A stretch of 64,000 nt of DNA from the NCBI RefSeq assembly GCF_963921235.1, contig NC_086108.1, positions 18,352,001 to 18,416,000 of the forward strand, read 5' to 3'. The notes below the pieces were generated by a model. That model had not been told where the DNA came from. It ran no database searches and was given only the letters and a program-made list of their open reading frames with translations. This DNA is from Mobula hypostoma (taxonomy: Eukaryota). The translations under genes and the position numbers were made by a program. How positions within the stretch are numbered: the stretch's first letter is position 1; each line of letters opens with the position of its first letter. Positions 1 to 13,274 of this stretch are shown here, one piece after another.

Positions 1-349
1 GGACAGAGTGGATGTGGCAAAGTTGTTTCCCATGATGGGGGAGTCTAGTATGAGAGGGCATGACTTAAGGATTGAAGGGCGCCCATTCAGAACAGAAATG
101 CGAAGAATTTTTTTAGTCAGAGCGTGGTGAATCTATGGAATTTGTTGCCACGGGCAGCAGTGGAGGCCAAGTCATTGGGTATATTTAAGGCAGACATTGA
201 TAGGTACCTGAGTAGCTAGGGCATCAAAGGTTACGGTGAGAAGGCGGGAGAGTGGGATTAAATGGGAGAATGGATCAGATCATCATAAAATGGTGGAGCA
301 GACTCAATGGGCCGAATGGCTGACTTCTGCTCCTTTGTCTTATGGTCTT
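1..349 (+). mobile_element. CR1 LINE 3' end (subfamily B, TCTTATGG tail)
   Basis: ORF2 C-terminus (RGHDLRIEG...QSVVNLWN), 3' UTR and tail tcttatggtcttat; near-identical to 48185-48535 and to 13275-13640 (-). Confidence 0.9.
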
Positions 350-352
350 ATA

Positions 353-1800
353 CATAGAAACATAGAAACATAGAAAATAGGTGCAGGAGTAGGCCATTCG
401 GCCCTTCGAGCCTGCACCGCCATTTATTATGATCATGGCTGATCATCCAACTCAGAACCCAGCCTTCCCTCCATACCCCCTGACCCCTGTAGCCACAAGG
501 GCCATATCTAACTTCCTTTTAAACATAGCTAATGAACTGGCCTCAACAGTTTGCTGTGGCAGAGAATTCCACAGATTCACCACTCTCTGTGTGAAGAAGT
601 TTTTCCTAACCTCGGTCCTAAAAGGCTTCCCCTCTATCCTCAAACTGTGACCCCTCGTTCTAGACCTCCCCAACATCGGGAACAATCTTCCTGCATCTAG
701 CCTGTCCAATCCCTTTAGGATCTTATACGTTTCAATCAGATCCCCCCTCAATCTTCTAAATTCCAACGAGTACAAGCCCAGTTCATCCAGTCTTTCTTCA
801 TATGAAAGACCTGCCATCCCAGGAATCAATCTGGTGAACCTTCTTTGTACTCCCTCTATGGCAAAGATGTCTTTCCTCAGATTAGGGGACCAAAACTGCA
901 CACAATACTCCAGGTGTGGTCTCACCAAGGCCTTGTACAACTGCAGTAGTACCTCCCTGCTCCTGTACTCGAATCCTCTCGCTATAAATGCCAGCATACC
1001 GTTCGCCTTTTTCACCGCCTGCTGTACCTGCATGCCCACTTTCAATGACTGGTGTATAATGACACCCAGGTCTCGTTGCACCTCCCCTTTTCCTAATCGG
1101 CCACCATTCAGATAATAATCTGTTTTCCTATTTTTGCCACCAAAGTGGATAACTTCACATTTATCCACATTAAATTGCATCTGCCATGAGTTTGCCCACT
1201 CACCCAACCTATCCAAGTCACCCTGCATCCTCTTAGCATCCTCCTCACTGCTAACACTGCCACCCAGCTTCGTGTCATCCGCAAACTTGGAGATGCTGCA
1301 TTTAATTCCCTCATCCAAGTCATTAATATATATTGTAAACAACTGGGGTCCCAGCACTGAGCCTTGCGGTACCCCACTAGTCACCGCCTGCCATTCTGAA
1401 AAGGTCCCGTTTATTCCCACTCTTTGCTTCCTGTCTGCTAACCAATTCTCCACCCACACCAATACCTTACCCCCAATACCGTGTGCTTTAAGTTTGCACA
1501 CTAATCTCCTATGTGGGACCTTGTCAAAAGCCTTTTGAAAATCCAAATATACCACATCCACTGGTTCTCCCCTATCCACTCTACTAGTTACATCCTCAAA
1601 AAATTCTATGAGATTCGTCAGACATGATTTTCCTTTCACAAATCCATGCTGACTTTGTCCGATCATTTCACCGCTTTCCAAATGTGCTGTTATCACATCC
1701 TTGATAACTGACTCCAGCAGTTTCCCCACCACCGACGTTAGGCTAACCGGCCTATAATTCCCCGGTTTCTCTCTCCCTCCTTTTTTAAAAAGTGGGGTTA
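353..1800 (-). mobile_element. CR1 LINE, 5'-truncated (subfamily A, TTTCTATG tail) with an uninterrupted RT reading frame
   Basis: ORF 452-1876(-) has NYRPVSLTS, YLDFQKAFDKV, GVPQGSVLGP, FADDTK; (catagaaa)n tail at 353-376. Confidence 0.95.
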
Positions 1801-1894
1801 TGGTATATGAAACAAGCTGCCTGAGGAAGTGGTTGAGGTGGGTACAATAATTTAAGAGACATTTGAACAGGTACATTGATAGGAAGGCTTAGAG

Positions 1895-1974
1895 CAGGGG
1901 TTCCCAATCTGTGGTGAGCCAACTTCTTGGTTAATGGTAGGGGTCCATCGCATAATAAAGGTTGGGAGCCCTTG
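1895..1974. mobile_element. 80-bp hAT (Charlie-like) MITE inside an old CR1 3' fragment (1801-2085)
   Basis: TIRs CAGGGGTTCCCAA / TTGGGAGCCCTTG; 8-bp TSD GCTTAGAG at 1887-1894 and 1975-1982. Confidence 0.85.
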
Positions 1975-2647
1975 GCTTAGAGGGATATGGGCCAAATGCA
2001 GGCAAATAGGACTGGCCTACGTGGACACCATGTTCAGCATGGATGAGTGGGGTCAAAGGGCCCGTTTCCTCATTGTATGTCACTATCTCACCTTTTCAAC
2101 CTGATTCAAGTGAGGTTGATTTGCCTCTGATCCCACCATACACCTCCAATCCTATCCAAAGGATCTCCTCTACCTCCACCCATGTTTAAAGATTTCCTAG
2201 GTCCCACTGAACTACCGAAATATGCTGTCTGTGTGGGGTTTGCATGTTCTTCTCGTGACCATTCTGGGCTCCCTCCCACACATACCCCGATGCTCCAGTT
2301 TCCTCCCACGCTAAACTTCACCAGACCGCACCAGAGTTCAGGATTGAACGTGGTTTACTGGAGTCATGGGTCAGCAGCTCTACCACTGCACAGTCTGTAG
2401 ACTGCTCACTTGTAGGCTACCCCACTTCAGACCACTAACTATATCAGGCTGCAGACATCTTGAGACAAATCATGTTGGCCAGTAAGGGGCACAGGTGAAT
2501 TAAATGCCGAAATATGAGAGTCTAGAGATGGTCCTTGTTGGGGTGATGGAAAGTTGGAGAAGAGGGAATGCAGTGAGAGCTGGAGGTGGTCACAGGGTGG
2601 GAGAAGTACTTGGTGAGGAGTGGGTTTCTTTTTGTTTTCTTTTTTGA

Positions 2648-2839
<192 letters not shown>

Positions 2840-2919
2840 TAAAGGTGCAGGGCGCAGATGTAAAGCCATGATTTTATAGACCTCTAAAAAGTCACCCTTT
2901 AACCTCCTTCAGTCTGGGG

Positions 2920-2997
2920 CAAGAGTTCACAAGCTTTATTATGCATGGCCCCTACCGTTAACTGAGGGGTCCATGGACCCCATATTGAGAACCCCTG
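2920..2997. mobile_element. Degenerate copy of the 80-bp hAT MITE
   Basis: Internal ccctaccgttaactgaggggtccatggacccc matches 40285-40364; ends ttgagaacccctg. Confidence 0.65.
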
Positions 2998-3603
2998 CTC
3001 TAAGGGAGTGAAGACCCAGCCTTTTCATCCTTTTTGTATAACTCCAGGCTCTATTTCCAGTAAAATCCTTGTGAATCTTTCACTGCGCGCTTTCTGCACC
3101 CTTTCTGGTTTAATGACATCCTTCCTGTAACCTGGCAACCACAAATGAGAACAATACTGCAAGTGTGACCTCATCTGACTTGTGCTAATACCAGCCTTTC
3201 ATTGGGGAGTGGGGATGGACAGACGTTGAAGAAAGGGATTCCAATTACTGATGAAGCAAAGGTTTATGGCTGTGGAGTCAGAACATAAAACTGCACAAGT
3301 TGTTGAAATACAGTGGCTGGTGGACCAGTGCGAGCAATAATGTATTCTCATGTTGATCAAGATAAAGAGGTCGAAGTTATACAGAATTTTATTAATCTTC
3401 AAGATATTTGGATTTCTTCCCTTTGAAGTATGATCACTGTAACTTTATAAACAAGTGTGGCAACCGATTTGTGGTCAGTAAGCTCCCACAAATAAACAAT
3501 GAGCATTCTGAGAACTAAAGAGCTAGTTCTTCTTTCCATGGTATAAATCAAAAGCATCCTCTTTTTTGAGGCATGTAACTGAAGGAGAGAACTCCATGGA
3601 GCA

Positions 3604-3787
3604 ACCACACTCCACACAGTTGATGGAGTTAGGGGAGGGTAATGGGGAAGATAGGTAACATAGTGCAACCATACCCCACTCTGACAATGGAGCTAGGGGA
3701 GAGTAATGGGGAGGATAGGTAACATAGAGCAACCATGCCCCACTCTGACAATGGAGCCAGGGGAGGGTAATGGGGAGGATAGTTACA
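3604..3787. repeat. Tandem repeat, about 3 x 64 bp, G-rich
   Basis: Units start at 3604, 3668, 3732 (acca...atggag..aggggag.gtaatgggga.gatag.taca). Confidence 0.85.
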
Positions 3788-4631
3788 GTTTTTAGGAGAC
3801 ACTCTGGAAGATTATACATTCGTAAAGGATTGATCAGAAGTATTTACTTTGCAACATCTCTTGCTGATTTCAAAGTGGGTACCAAAGCATAAAATATCCT
3901 TGTTTAGAATCTTGATTGGTCACTGCATATTCCACCATATTTGTAAGGTTATTATTAGAGCCATGACTGATAGAGTTGCCTCACTAAACCAGTTCCATTT
4001 GCATGTGTTTGATCCGTATCTCTTTCTTATCCATTTATTGTACCTGTCCAAATGTGTTTTAAATACTGCAATTGTACCTACCTCCACCACTTCCTCTGAC
4101 AACTCATTCCAGATGCCTACCACTCTGTGTGGAAAAACCTGCCCCTCAGGTCCCCTTTAAACCTTTCCCCTCTCACCTCGAGTTTTCATCTCTCCTACCC
4201 TAGAAAAATACCGATGGATCATAGAAAGAATCCTATCCGAATCCATCCCAGCTTGGGATTGCAACTGCTTTGCCAAAGGCCACAAGAAATTGCTGGCCCT
4301 TTGGATAGAGTCCCAGGTCATACATGAGATGACTGCAGTCAGCCCATTGTGGATACTGACCATCAGTTACCAATTTACACCAGTCCTTATGGAGGAAAGA
4401 CAAAGTGGGGAGGGAAGGGGGATGCCAACTTTGGTTTAGCTTTAGGCAAAGGATAAAGGATGAGAAAGAACTATTTTATACCATGGCTGACAATGACACA
4501 AGTCAAGTCAAGTTTATTGTCACTTAACAATATACTGTACATGAATATAACATATATATAATGTATATAGAAATAAGACAACGTTCTTTGAACTGGGGTG
4601 TAAAGGATATTAATACACATAACACACATAG

Positions 4632-5290
4632 TACATGATCCCTGAAAGTTGCCTCACAGGTGGATAGGATAGAAAGCTTATGGGGTGTTAGCTTTCATAA
4701 ATCGAGGGATAGAGTTTAAGAGTCGCGATGTAATGATGCAGCTCTATAAAACTCTGGTTAGGCCACACTTGGAGTACTGTGTCCAGTTCTGGTCGCCTCA
4801 CTATAGGAAGGATGTGGAAACATTGGAAAGGGTACAGAGGAGATTTACCGGGATGCTGCCTGGTTTACAGAGTATGCGCTATGATCAGAGATTAAGGGAG
4901 CTAGGGCTTTACTCTTTGGAGAGAAGGAGGATGAGAGGAGACATGATAGAGGTATACAAGATAATAAGAGGAATAGATAGAGTGGATAGCTGGCACCTCT
5001 TCCCCAGGGCACCACTGCTCGATACAAGAGGACATGGTTTTAAGGTAAGGGGTGGAAAGTTCAAGGGGGATATTAGAGGAAGGTTTTTTACTCAGAGAGT
5101 GGCTAGTGCGTGGAATGCACTGCCTGAGTCAGTGGTGGAGGCAGATACACTAGTGAAGTTTAAGAAACTACTAGACAGGTATATGGAGGACTTTAAGTTG
5201 GGGGCTTATATGGGAGGCAGGGTTTGAGGATTGGCACATTGTGGGCCGAATGGCCTGTACTGTGCTGTATTCTATGTTCTATGTTCTATA
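4632..5290 (+). mobile_element. CR1 3' fragment
   Basis: ORF 4685-5227 [13 protein letters not shown]...FFTQRV; (ttctatg)n tail. Confidence 0.9.
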
Positions 5291-5908
5291 ACTTATGAAG
5301 GTAAAAATAAAATGTGCAGATGAATCACACAAAGATAAACTGAAGTCCATTAATATTATATATTGTAAGGTATGGAATAGATTACCAGTGATACTTCGAA
5401 TACGATGTGGCAGGGAGTTCAGAAGCCTAATGGCCTGGATGGAAGATTGGTGGAAATAGGGACAATCAATTATTTCAAAAGGAAATTGGATCATCATTTG
5501 TAGGAAAGAGTCTTGCAGGACTAGTGGTATGGAGAAGGAGTGGGATTGTCTGGGTAGCTGGCATGGACTTGATGGGCTGAATTACCTTGTCCAGAATCAA
5601 TGACTTTCCAATATCCAATAACTCCAACTACAACAGCCTCAAACAATTGTCAGATGATTAGTCTGGTTTCAATGGCAAGAGCCATGAATGAATGAAGAAA
5701 GAGGAAGGAGACGGAATGAAACCATGGGGAGAAAGTCAGTTTTCTACTCTGGCTAAAAGCTCTTTCAACCTTCCCTCCAGATGTGTGGTACAAAGCAGTT
5801 CATGATGTATTTCTACTTGTGTCCCACACTTTCCAATTCTGGCTGTCTCTGGTCAACCTCAAAGACTGCTAACTTTATGTCTTAATTTCTTTGATATTTC
5901 TCTGGCAG

Positions 5909-6068
5909 GTGTCAAACTGGTTTGGTAACAAGCGAATTCGATACAAGAAAAACATAGGCAAGTTCCAAGAGGAAGCAAATCTGTACGCCGCCAAAACAGC
6001 GGTAACTGCGACAAACGCGACACCTCAAGGAAGTCAAGCCAACTCCCCGTCCACTCCCAACTCCACTG
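5909..6068 (+). CDS. PBX: PBX-family exon (exon 6 equivalent; homeodomain helix 3 plus C-terminal helix)
   Basis: tttctctggcag acceptor, G|gtgagt donor; 160 nt, phase 0 to 1; [53 protein letters not shown]. Confidence 0.97.
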
Positions 6069-7934
6069 GTGAGTGTTTATGGGCCACCTTGCACAGCCAG
6101 ACACTAATCAGGTCTTCAATTCGAACAACTCTTAAAGGACACCTCCACCCCGCACTATGGATAAGCTGAAAGGCCAGTTCTCATTGTAGGGATTCTTGTA
6201 ATTGGTGCATAGGAAATCATGAGCTCAGCAGCTTTACCCTGTTATGGCTGAAACAGTCTCAGACAAAAATATTCATGACTAATTCAGAATGCCTGAAATA
6301 ACGGAAAATTGTGGAAATGCTCAGCAGGTCATTCAGCGGAGGGAAAAGCAGAGCTTGGGTGTTAACTCTGTTTCTCTCTGCATGGCTGCTGCCTGACTGG
6401 CTGATTTTCTTTAGAAGTTTCTGCTATGGGTTTAAATGATCTTCTCCAAACACTAAAGCAACCCTAGCACCATTCCATCTTTGTTTCTGAAGATGAAAAT
6501 TCACTGGCCTATCCTTGGATTACTTGGAAACTGGCTGCTCAGATAAAACATCACTACAATGTTGAGTGACCTTTCAGCTTGGGCACAGTTGTGATTTGAT
6601 AGGAGTTGTCAGTTTATTATTAAGCCTGGATGATTCAGGATGGGTGCTGAGCAGAAGATGATGGATATCCCCTCCACAGCTACCAAACCTAAGCTGCTTT
6701 TTCAGACATTGGTTAGCACTGTGTGAGTACCAGATCACCCATCACTCTGTTACTCATTGCTCCTCATTTTCTGAGTTTCCTGGGAATATGTTGTCCGGTA
6801 GACTTGTGAGTTACTTGACTGAGGTCCTCTTGAGGTGCGAATGGTGGTGGTTTTTGATAGGTGATTGGCAGGTGGACTTTTCCCTATCCAATCCTGTGAA
6901 TGAAGGACCTGCAAGGACAAAACCCTTCAACTTGTCTCTTGATGTATCGCATTTTGAGTTAACGATAGCAAAAGTAACAACCAGCAGGAGCTGGCAAGTG
7001 ACGGATCCTTCTAATACGTGGTCAACATTTCTCCTCCTTTACCTAGAGCTTCAGATCAAGTTGTCTTCAGCACTGGGTAACAGCAGCATGTGCTCCAGTC
7101 TGGGAGAGGAAACCACATGCTTCTCTCAACATCACTAGGAGCATTCATTGTTTATCATTCACCTGTCCAATCTGGTGTCAATTGTCTTCCATTCAGAACT
7201 CCCTCCATCTGTTTACTTTCTGCTGCAGTCCTGGTCCCAGCGAACTGAATGCTCCACACTGTTCTGCCGTCATGGAGTGTTGGACTGAACAATATTCCTC
7301 ATGTTGTACGACTATTTGGAAACATACCAAGAAGCAGCAATGAGCATCTGATCAACCAAGATGGGATGGTAAAGGAAGCAACACACATCAAAGTTGCTGG
7401 TGAACGCAGCAGGCCAGGCAGCATCTCTAGGAAGAGGTACAGTCGACGTTTCAGGCCGAGACCCAAGGGTCTTAATTGCAGTGGGAAATTAAGAATCTGG
7501 AGTAACTAATTGAAGTTAAATTTGTCAGTAACCTGATGTGTCCAAATACTTAATGTCTGCCTCGGCAGGACCAATCCATGACATAACCTTTATAGTACTG
7601 TAGCCTATTGTGTGAGACTTTCATTGCTCCCCATCCAATTACGTGTACAGTATATGGATCAAGTCCTGGAAAATGGGATTTGCCTACATGGATACTTTAT
7701 TGTCAGCATGGATACAATGGATGAAGCCTCTTGTTCCATCTTTGAAGACTATCACCTGCTTACCGTGAACAAAATGTGAATGACTAGGGAGTAGAGATTT
7801 AAATCAAATGGAGGACAGATTTGAGGGGAGCTCATATGTTGCTTATATGATGCTACAGGCCTGTGGTACTGCTGCAAGTAAGTTTCTCATTGCAACTGTG
7901 CATACAGGTACTTGCACAGATGACAATATACTCA

Positions 7935-8117
7935 ACTTACAGAACAGAAATAAGATCATAGAATCAGAAAGTCATACAGTACATGAGCAGGAACATAGAA
8001 TCATAGTCATACAGTACAGAAATAGGCTCGTACAATCAGAGTGTCACAGAGTACTCTAACAGCCTCACTGTTTCAGAGAGTCATACAGTACAGAAACAGG
8101 ATCATAGAATCAAAGCA
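7935..8117. repeat. 37-bp minisatellite, block 1
   Basis: Degenerate units of gagtcatacagtacagaaacaggatcatagaatcaga. Confidence 0.8.
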
Positions 8118-11100
8118 TCATAGAACATAGAAGATAGAAATTTACTAACATTACAGGCCCTTCGGCCCACAATGTTCTGCTGACCATGTGACCTACTCTT
8201 AGAGACTGCCTAAAATTTCCCTAGCGCATAGCCTTCTATTTTTCTAAGCTCCATGTACCTATCTAAGAGGCTCTTAAAAGACCCTGTTGTATCCACTTCC
8301 ACCACCGCTGCCAGCAGTACATTCCATGCCCCCACCACTCTCTGTGTGAAAAATTTACCTCTGACGTCCCCTCAGTACCTATTTCCAAGCACCTTAAAAC
8401 TATGCCCCTTATGTTAGCCATTCTAGCCCTGGGAAAAAGCCTCTGACTATCCACACGATCAATGCCCCTCATCATCTTATACACCTCTGTCAGGTTACCT
8501 CTCATCCTCCGCATTCCAAGGAGAAAAGGCCAAGTACACTCAACCTATTCTCATAAAGTATGCCCTCCAATCCAGACAACATCCTTGTAAATCCTTGACA
8601 CTCTTTCTATAGTATCCACATCCTTCCTGTAGTGAGGTGATCAGAACTGAACACAGTACTCCAAGTGGGATCTGACCAAGGTCTTATGTAACATTACCTC
8701 ATGGCTCTTGATCTCAATCCCATGGTTGATAAATGCCAACACACCATACATCTTCTTAACAAAACTGTCAACCTTGGCATCAGCTTTGAGTGTTCTATCA
8801 CCACGGACCACAAAATCTCTCAGATCCTCCACACTGCCAAGAGTCCTACCATTTATATTATATTCTGTCTTCAAATTGGTCCTACCAGAATGAACCACTT
8901 CACACTTATTTAAGTTGAAGCCCATCTGCCATTTCTCAGCCCAGTTCTGCATCCAATCAATGTCCGGCTGTAACTTCTAACAACCCTCCAGACTATCCAC
9001 AACACCTCCAACTTTTTTGTCATCAGCAAACTTACTAAACCACCCTTCTACTTCTTCATCCAGGTCATTATTAAAAATCACAAAGAGGAGAGGGCCCAGA
9101 ACAGATTCCTGCAGAATACCACTGGTCACCGATCTCCACGCAGAATACAAACCATCTACTACACCCTTTGCCTTCTGTGGGCAAGCCAATTCTGGATCCA
9201 TAAAGCAAGACCTCCTTGGATCCCATGCCTCCTTACTTTCTGAAAGAGCCTTGCATGGGGAACCTTATCAAATGCCTTACTGAAATCCATATACACTACA
9301 TTCATTAATGTGTTTTGTTATACCCTCAAAGAATTCAATCAGGCTGATAAGGCACGACTTGCCCTTGACAAAGCCATGCTGACTATCCCTAATCAGATTA
9401 TGTCTTTTCAAATGCTCATAAATCCTGCCTCTCAGGATCTTCTCCAACAACTTACCCACTATTGAAGTCAGAGTCACTGGTCTATAATTTCCTGGGTTAT
9501 CCCTACTCCCTTTCTTGAATAAGGGAACAACATTTACAATCCTCCAACTCTGATACTGTTCATATCCCCACTGATGATGCAAAGATCATTACAAAAGTCC
9601 CAGCAATCTCCTCCCTCACTTCCCACAATGGCCTAGGGTATATCTCATCTGGTCCTGGTGACTTATCTAAAAATGCTTTTCAAAAGCTCCAGCACATCCT
9701 CTTTCTTAATGTCTATATGCTCAAGTATTTCAGTCTGCTGTAAGACATCCCTACAATTGACAAAGTCTTTTGCCCTGGTGAATACTGAAGCAAAGTACTC
9801 ATTAAGTACCTCCGCCACCTCCTCTGACTCCATACACATGTTTCCACTATCGCACGTGATTGGTCCTATTCTTACACGGCTCATCCTCTTGCTCTTCACA
9901 TACTTGTAGAATGCCTTGGGGGTTTTCCTTAATCCTGCTCACCAAGGCCTTCTCATGGCCCCTTCTGGCTCTCCTAATTCCATTCTGAAGCTCCTTCGCA
10001 GCAACCTTGTAATTTTCTAGAGCTCTAACAGTACCTAGTTTTTTGAACCTTTTGTAAGCTTTTCTTTTCTTCTTAACTAGATTTTCTACATACTTTGTAC
10101 ACCATGGTTCTTTAACCCTACCATCATTTCCCTGGCTCAGTGGAACATACCTATTCAGAACTCCATGCAAATGTTCCTTGAACATTTGCCACATTTCTGC
10201 TGTGCATTTCCCTGAGGACGTTTCTCTGTTCCCTTAGGTACAGAGGAGATGTCAGGGGTAAGTTTTTTACGCAGAATGTGGTAAGTGCGTGGAATTAGCT
10301 GCCGGCGGCGGTGGTGGAGGTGGAAACAATGGGGTCTTTTAAGAGACTCCTGGATGGCAACATGGACCTTAGAAAAATAGAGGGCTATGGGTAAAGCCTA
10401 GGTAGTTCCAAGGTAATGTTCAGCACAACTATGTGGGACGAAGGGCCTGTATTGTGCTGTAGGCTTTCTATGTTTCTAACATCTGCTCCCAATTTCAAAG
10501 GTTCAAAGGTCCAATTTAATGTCAGAGAAATGTATACAATATACATCCTGAAATGCTTTTTCTTCACAAACATCCATGGAAACAGAGAAGGGCCCCAAAG
10601 AATGAACGACAGTTATGTGTAAGAGCTCCATAGCAACCAAAGACTTCGCATTTCACCCTGCATTTGAAATACCACAGGTTCTCTCCCTCCCTAATAAGGG
10701 AGAAGGAGGTGGGTGTCTCCATTTTCCCAGCGAGCGGGGAGACATAACAAACAACTCGCTGGCTTACAATGTTAAAAGTCAGTAATGTTGCTTTTTCCGA
10801 GATCTATTCCCAAAGGTCACAAAGATCCCGGGTCTTGGGGCATCTATGTTCCCAAGTTCCTGCCTTATAGCATCATATTTCCCCCTACCCCAATTAAATG
10901 TTTTCCCAAATTGTCTGCTCCTAACCCTCTCCAACACTATGGTGAAGGAGATAGAGTTGTGGTCACTCACCTGACATCACCTGACTCACTCTGACATCTG
11001 ACCAGGTTCAATACCAATACCAGATCAAGTACAGCCTCTTCTCTAGTTGGCTTATCTACACATATTGCTTCAGGAAACCTTCCCGAACACACCTAAGAAA

Positions 11101-12870
11101 TTCCACCCCAATTTAAACCCCTTGTGCTAAGGAGATGCCAATCAATATTAGTTATATGGGAGGCAGGGTTTAAAGGTTGGCACAACATTGTGGGCCGAAG
11201 GGCCTGTACTGCGCTGTACTATTCTATGTTCTATGTTCTATGTTCTATAAAGTTAAGTCTCCCATCTAACAACCCTTTTATTATTGCACCGTTCCAGAAT
11301 CTGCCTCCCTATCTGCTCCTCGGTGTCCCTGTTACTATTGGGGGGTTTATAAAAAACACCCAGTAGAGTTATTGCCCCCTTCCTGTTTCTGACTTCCACC
11401 CACAGAGACTCTGTAGACAATCCTTCAATGACTTTCTCCTTTTCTGCAGCTGTGACACTATCCCTAATTAGCAATGCCACACCCCCACCTCTTTTGCTTC
11501 CCTCTCCGTTCTTTTTGAAACATCTAAAGCCTGGCACACTCAGCAGCCATTGCTGTTCCTGAGGCATCCAAGTCTCTGTAGTGGCCACAATGTCACAGTT
11601 CCACGTATTGATCCATGGTCTAAGTCCATCTGCCTTGTTTATGATACTCCTTGCATTAAAATGGACATATCTCAAACCATCTGGCTGAGTGCATCTTTGC
11701 TCTATCATCTGTCTGTCCTTCCTCACTAACTCCCCATCCTCTGTCTCTTCACTTCGGTTCCCAGCCCGCTTCAAATCTAGTTTAAACCCTCCCCAATAGC
11801 CTTAGCAAACCTCCCCTGCAGGATATCGGTCCCCCTCAGATTCAAGTGCAACCCGTCCTTTTTGTACAGGTCACACCTGCCCCAGAAGAGATCCCAATGA
11901 TCCAAAAATTTGAATCCCTGCCCCCTGCTCCAAACCTTCAGTCACACATTTATCCTCCACTTCATTCTATTCGTCTACTCACTGTCGCGTGGCACAAGCA
12001 ACAATCCCGAGATTACTACCCTTGAGGTCCTGCTTCTCAGCTTCCATCCAAACTCCCTGTATTCTGCTTTCAGGACCTCCATCCTTTTCCTATCTATGTT
12101 ATTGGTATCAATATGTACTACGACCTCTGTCTGCTCACCCTCCCATTTCAGGATATTGTGGACGCGATCAGAAACATCACAAACCCTGGCACCTGGGAGG
12201 CAAACTACCATTCTTGTTCCTTTTACACGTCCACAGAATCTCCTATCTGTCCCCCTAACTATAGGGTACCGTATTACCACCGCACTCCTCATCTGTTCCC
12301 TACCCTTCTGAGCCACAGGGCTCTATTGCTTCCCCCAGGTAGGTCGCCCCTCTCCCTCCCAACATCATTCAAAATAGAGTACTTATTGTTAAGGGGAACA
12401 GCACTACATGACACCCTGCTTTTCCTCTCCTGACGGTCACCCATTTATCTGTCTCCTGTGGCCCCAGGCTGATTACCTGCCTATGGCTCCCGTCTATCAC
12501 CTCCTCACTTTCCCTAACAAGCCGAAGATCATCGAGCTGCAGTTCCCTAAACCCGGTCTTTAAGGAGCTGCAGCTCGATGTCCCTGGCACAGATGTGGCC
12601 ATCAGGGAGGCTGAAAGTCTCCCAGACATCCCATATCTGACACCCAGAATAGAGAACTGGCCTCATAGTCATACCCACTATGCACCGAGCCCCATGAAAA
12701 GCTCCTTTTTAAAACTTTTCTCCCCGACCTATGCAAAGCTCTCTCTCTCTTCCAATCGATTAGTCCGCCGCTAATGCGCTGAGCCCCACAAAATTCTCCG
12801 TTTTTAAATTTTTATCTACGAACTGTGTGAAGCTCTCTCTCTATGAATCAATTGGGCCACTGCTAATGCT
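8118..12870 (-). mobile_element. Near full-length decayed CR1 LINE (5' UTR, ORF1 with SGNH esterase-like domain, ORF2 APE+RT) with internal insertions
   Basis: ORF1 11975-12316 (IVRGTDRRFCG...CLPGARV...VVVHIDTNNI); APE 11253-11774 (FNARSI, TETW, GGGVALL); RT fragments 8263-10194; duplicated ~95-bp unit at 12680-12870; inserts near 10238-10480, 10497-10845 and 11152-11248. Confidence 0.9.
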
Positions 12871-12879
12871 ATAGTCCTA

Positions 12880-13272
12880 CAGTATAGAAATAGACACATA
12901 GAATCAGACGGTCACAAAGGAAAGAAACAGGCTCATAGAATCAAAGAGTCATACAGTACAGGAAAGGGATCGTAGAATCAAAGAGTCATACAGTACAGAA
13001 TCAGGGCAGAATCAGAGAGTCAAACAGTGCAGAAACAGGATCAAAGAAGCAGAGGGTCCTGTACTACACAAATAGGCATGTAGAATCAAAGAGTCACAGA
13101 GTACAGAAACTAGCTGATAGTACCAGAGCGATGTACAGTACAGAAAAGGGATATACTGTAATCAGAGAGTCATACAATACAGAAACAGCCTTGTAGAATC
13201 AGAGAGTCAAACAGTACAGAAATGGGATCATGAATCAGAGAGATACAGGACAGAAATAGACTCGCTGATTCA
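12880..13272. repeat. 37-bp minisatellite, block 2
   Basis: About 10 degenerate units of the same consensus. Confidence 0.85.
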
Positions 13273-13274
13273 AA

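Noticed and set aside
6862..6871. TGATTGGCAG PBX/PREP-like site suggesting autoregulation
   Set aside because: Short motif that also occurs inside CR1 copies; no conservation evidence available.
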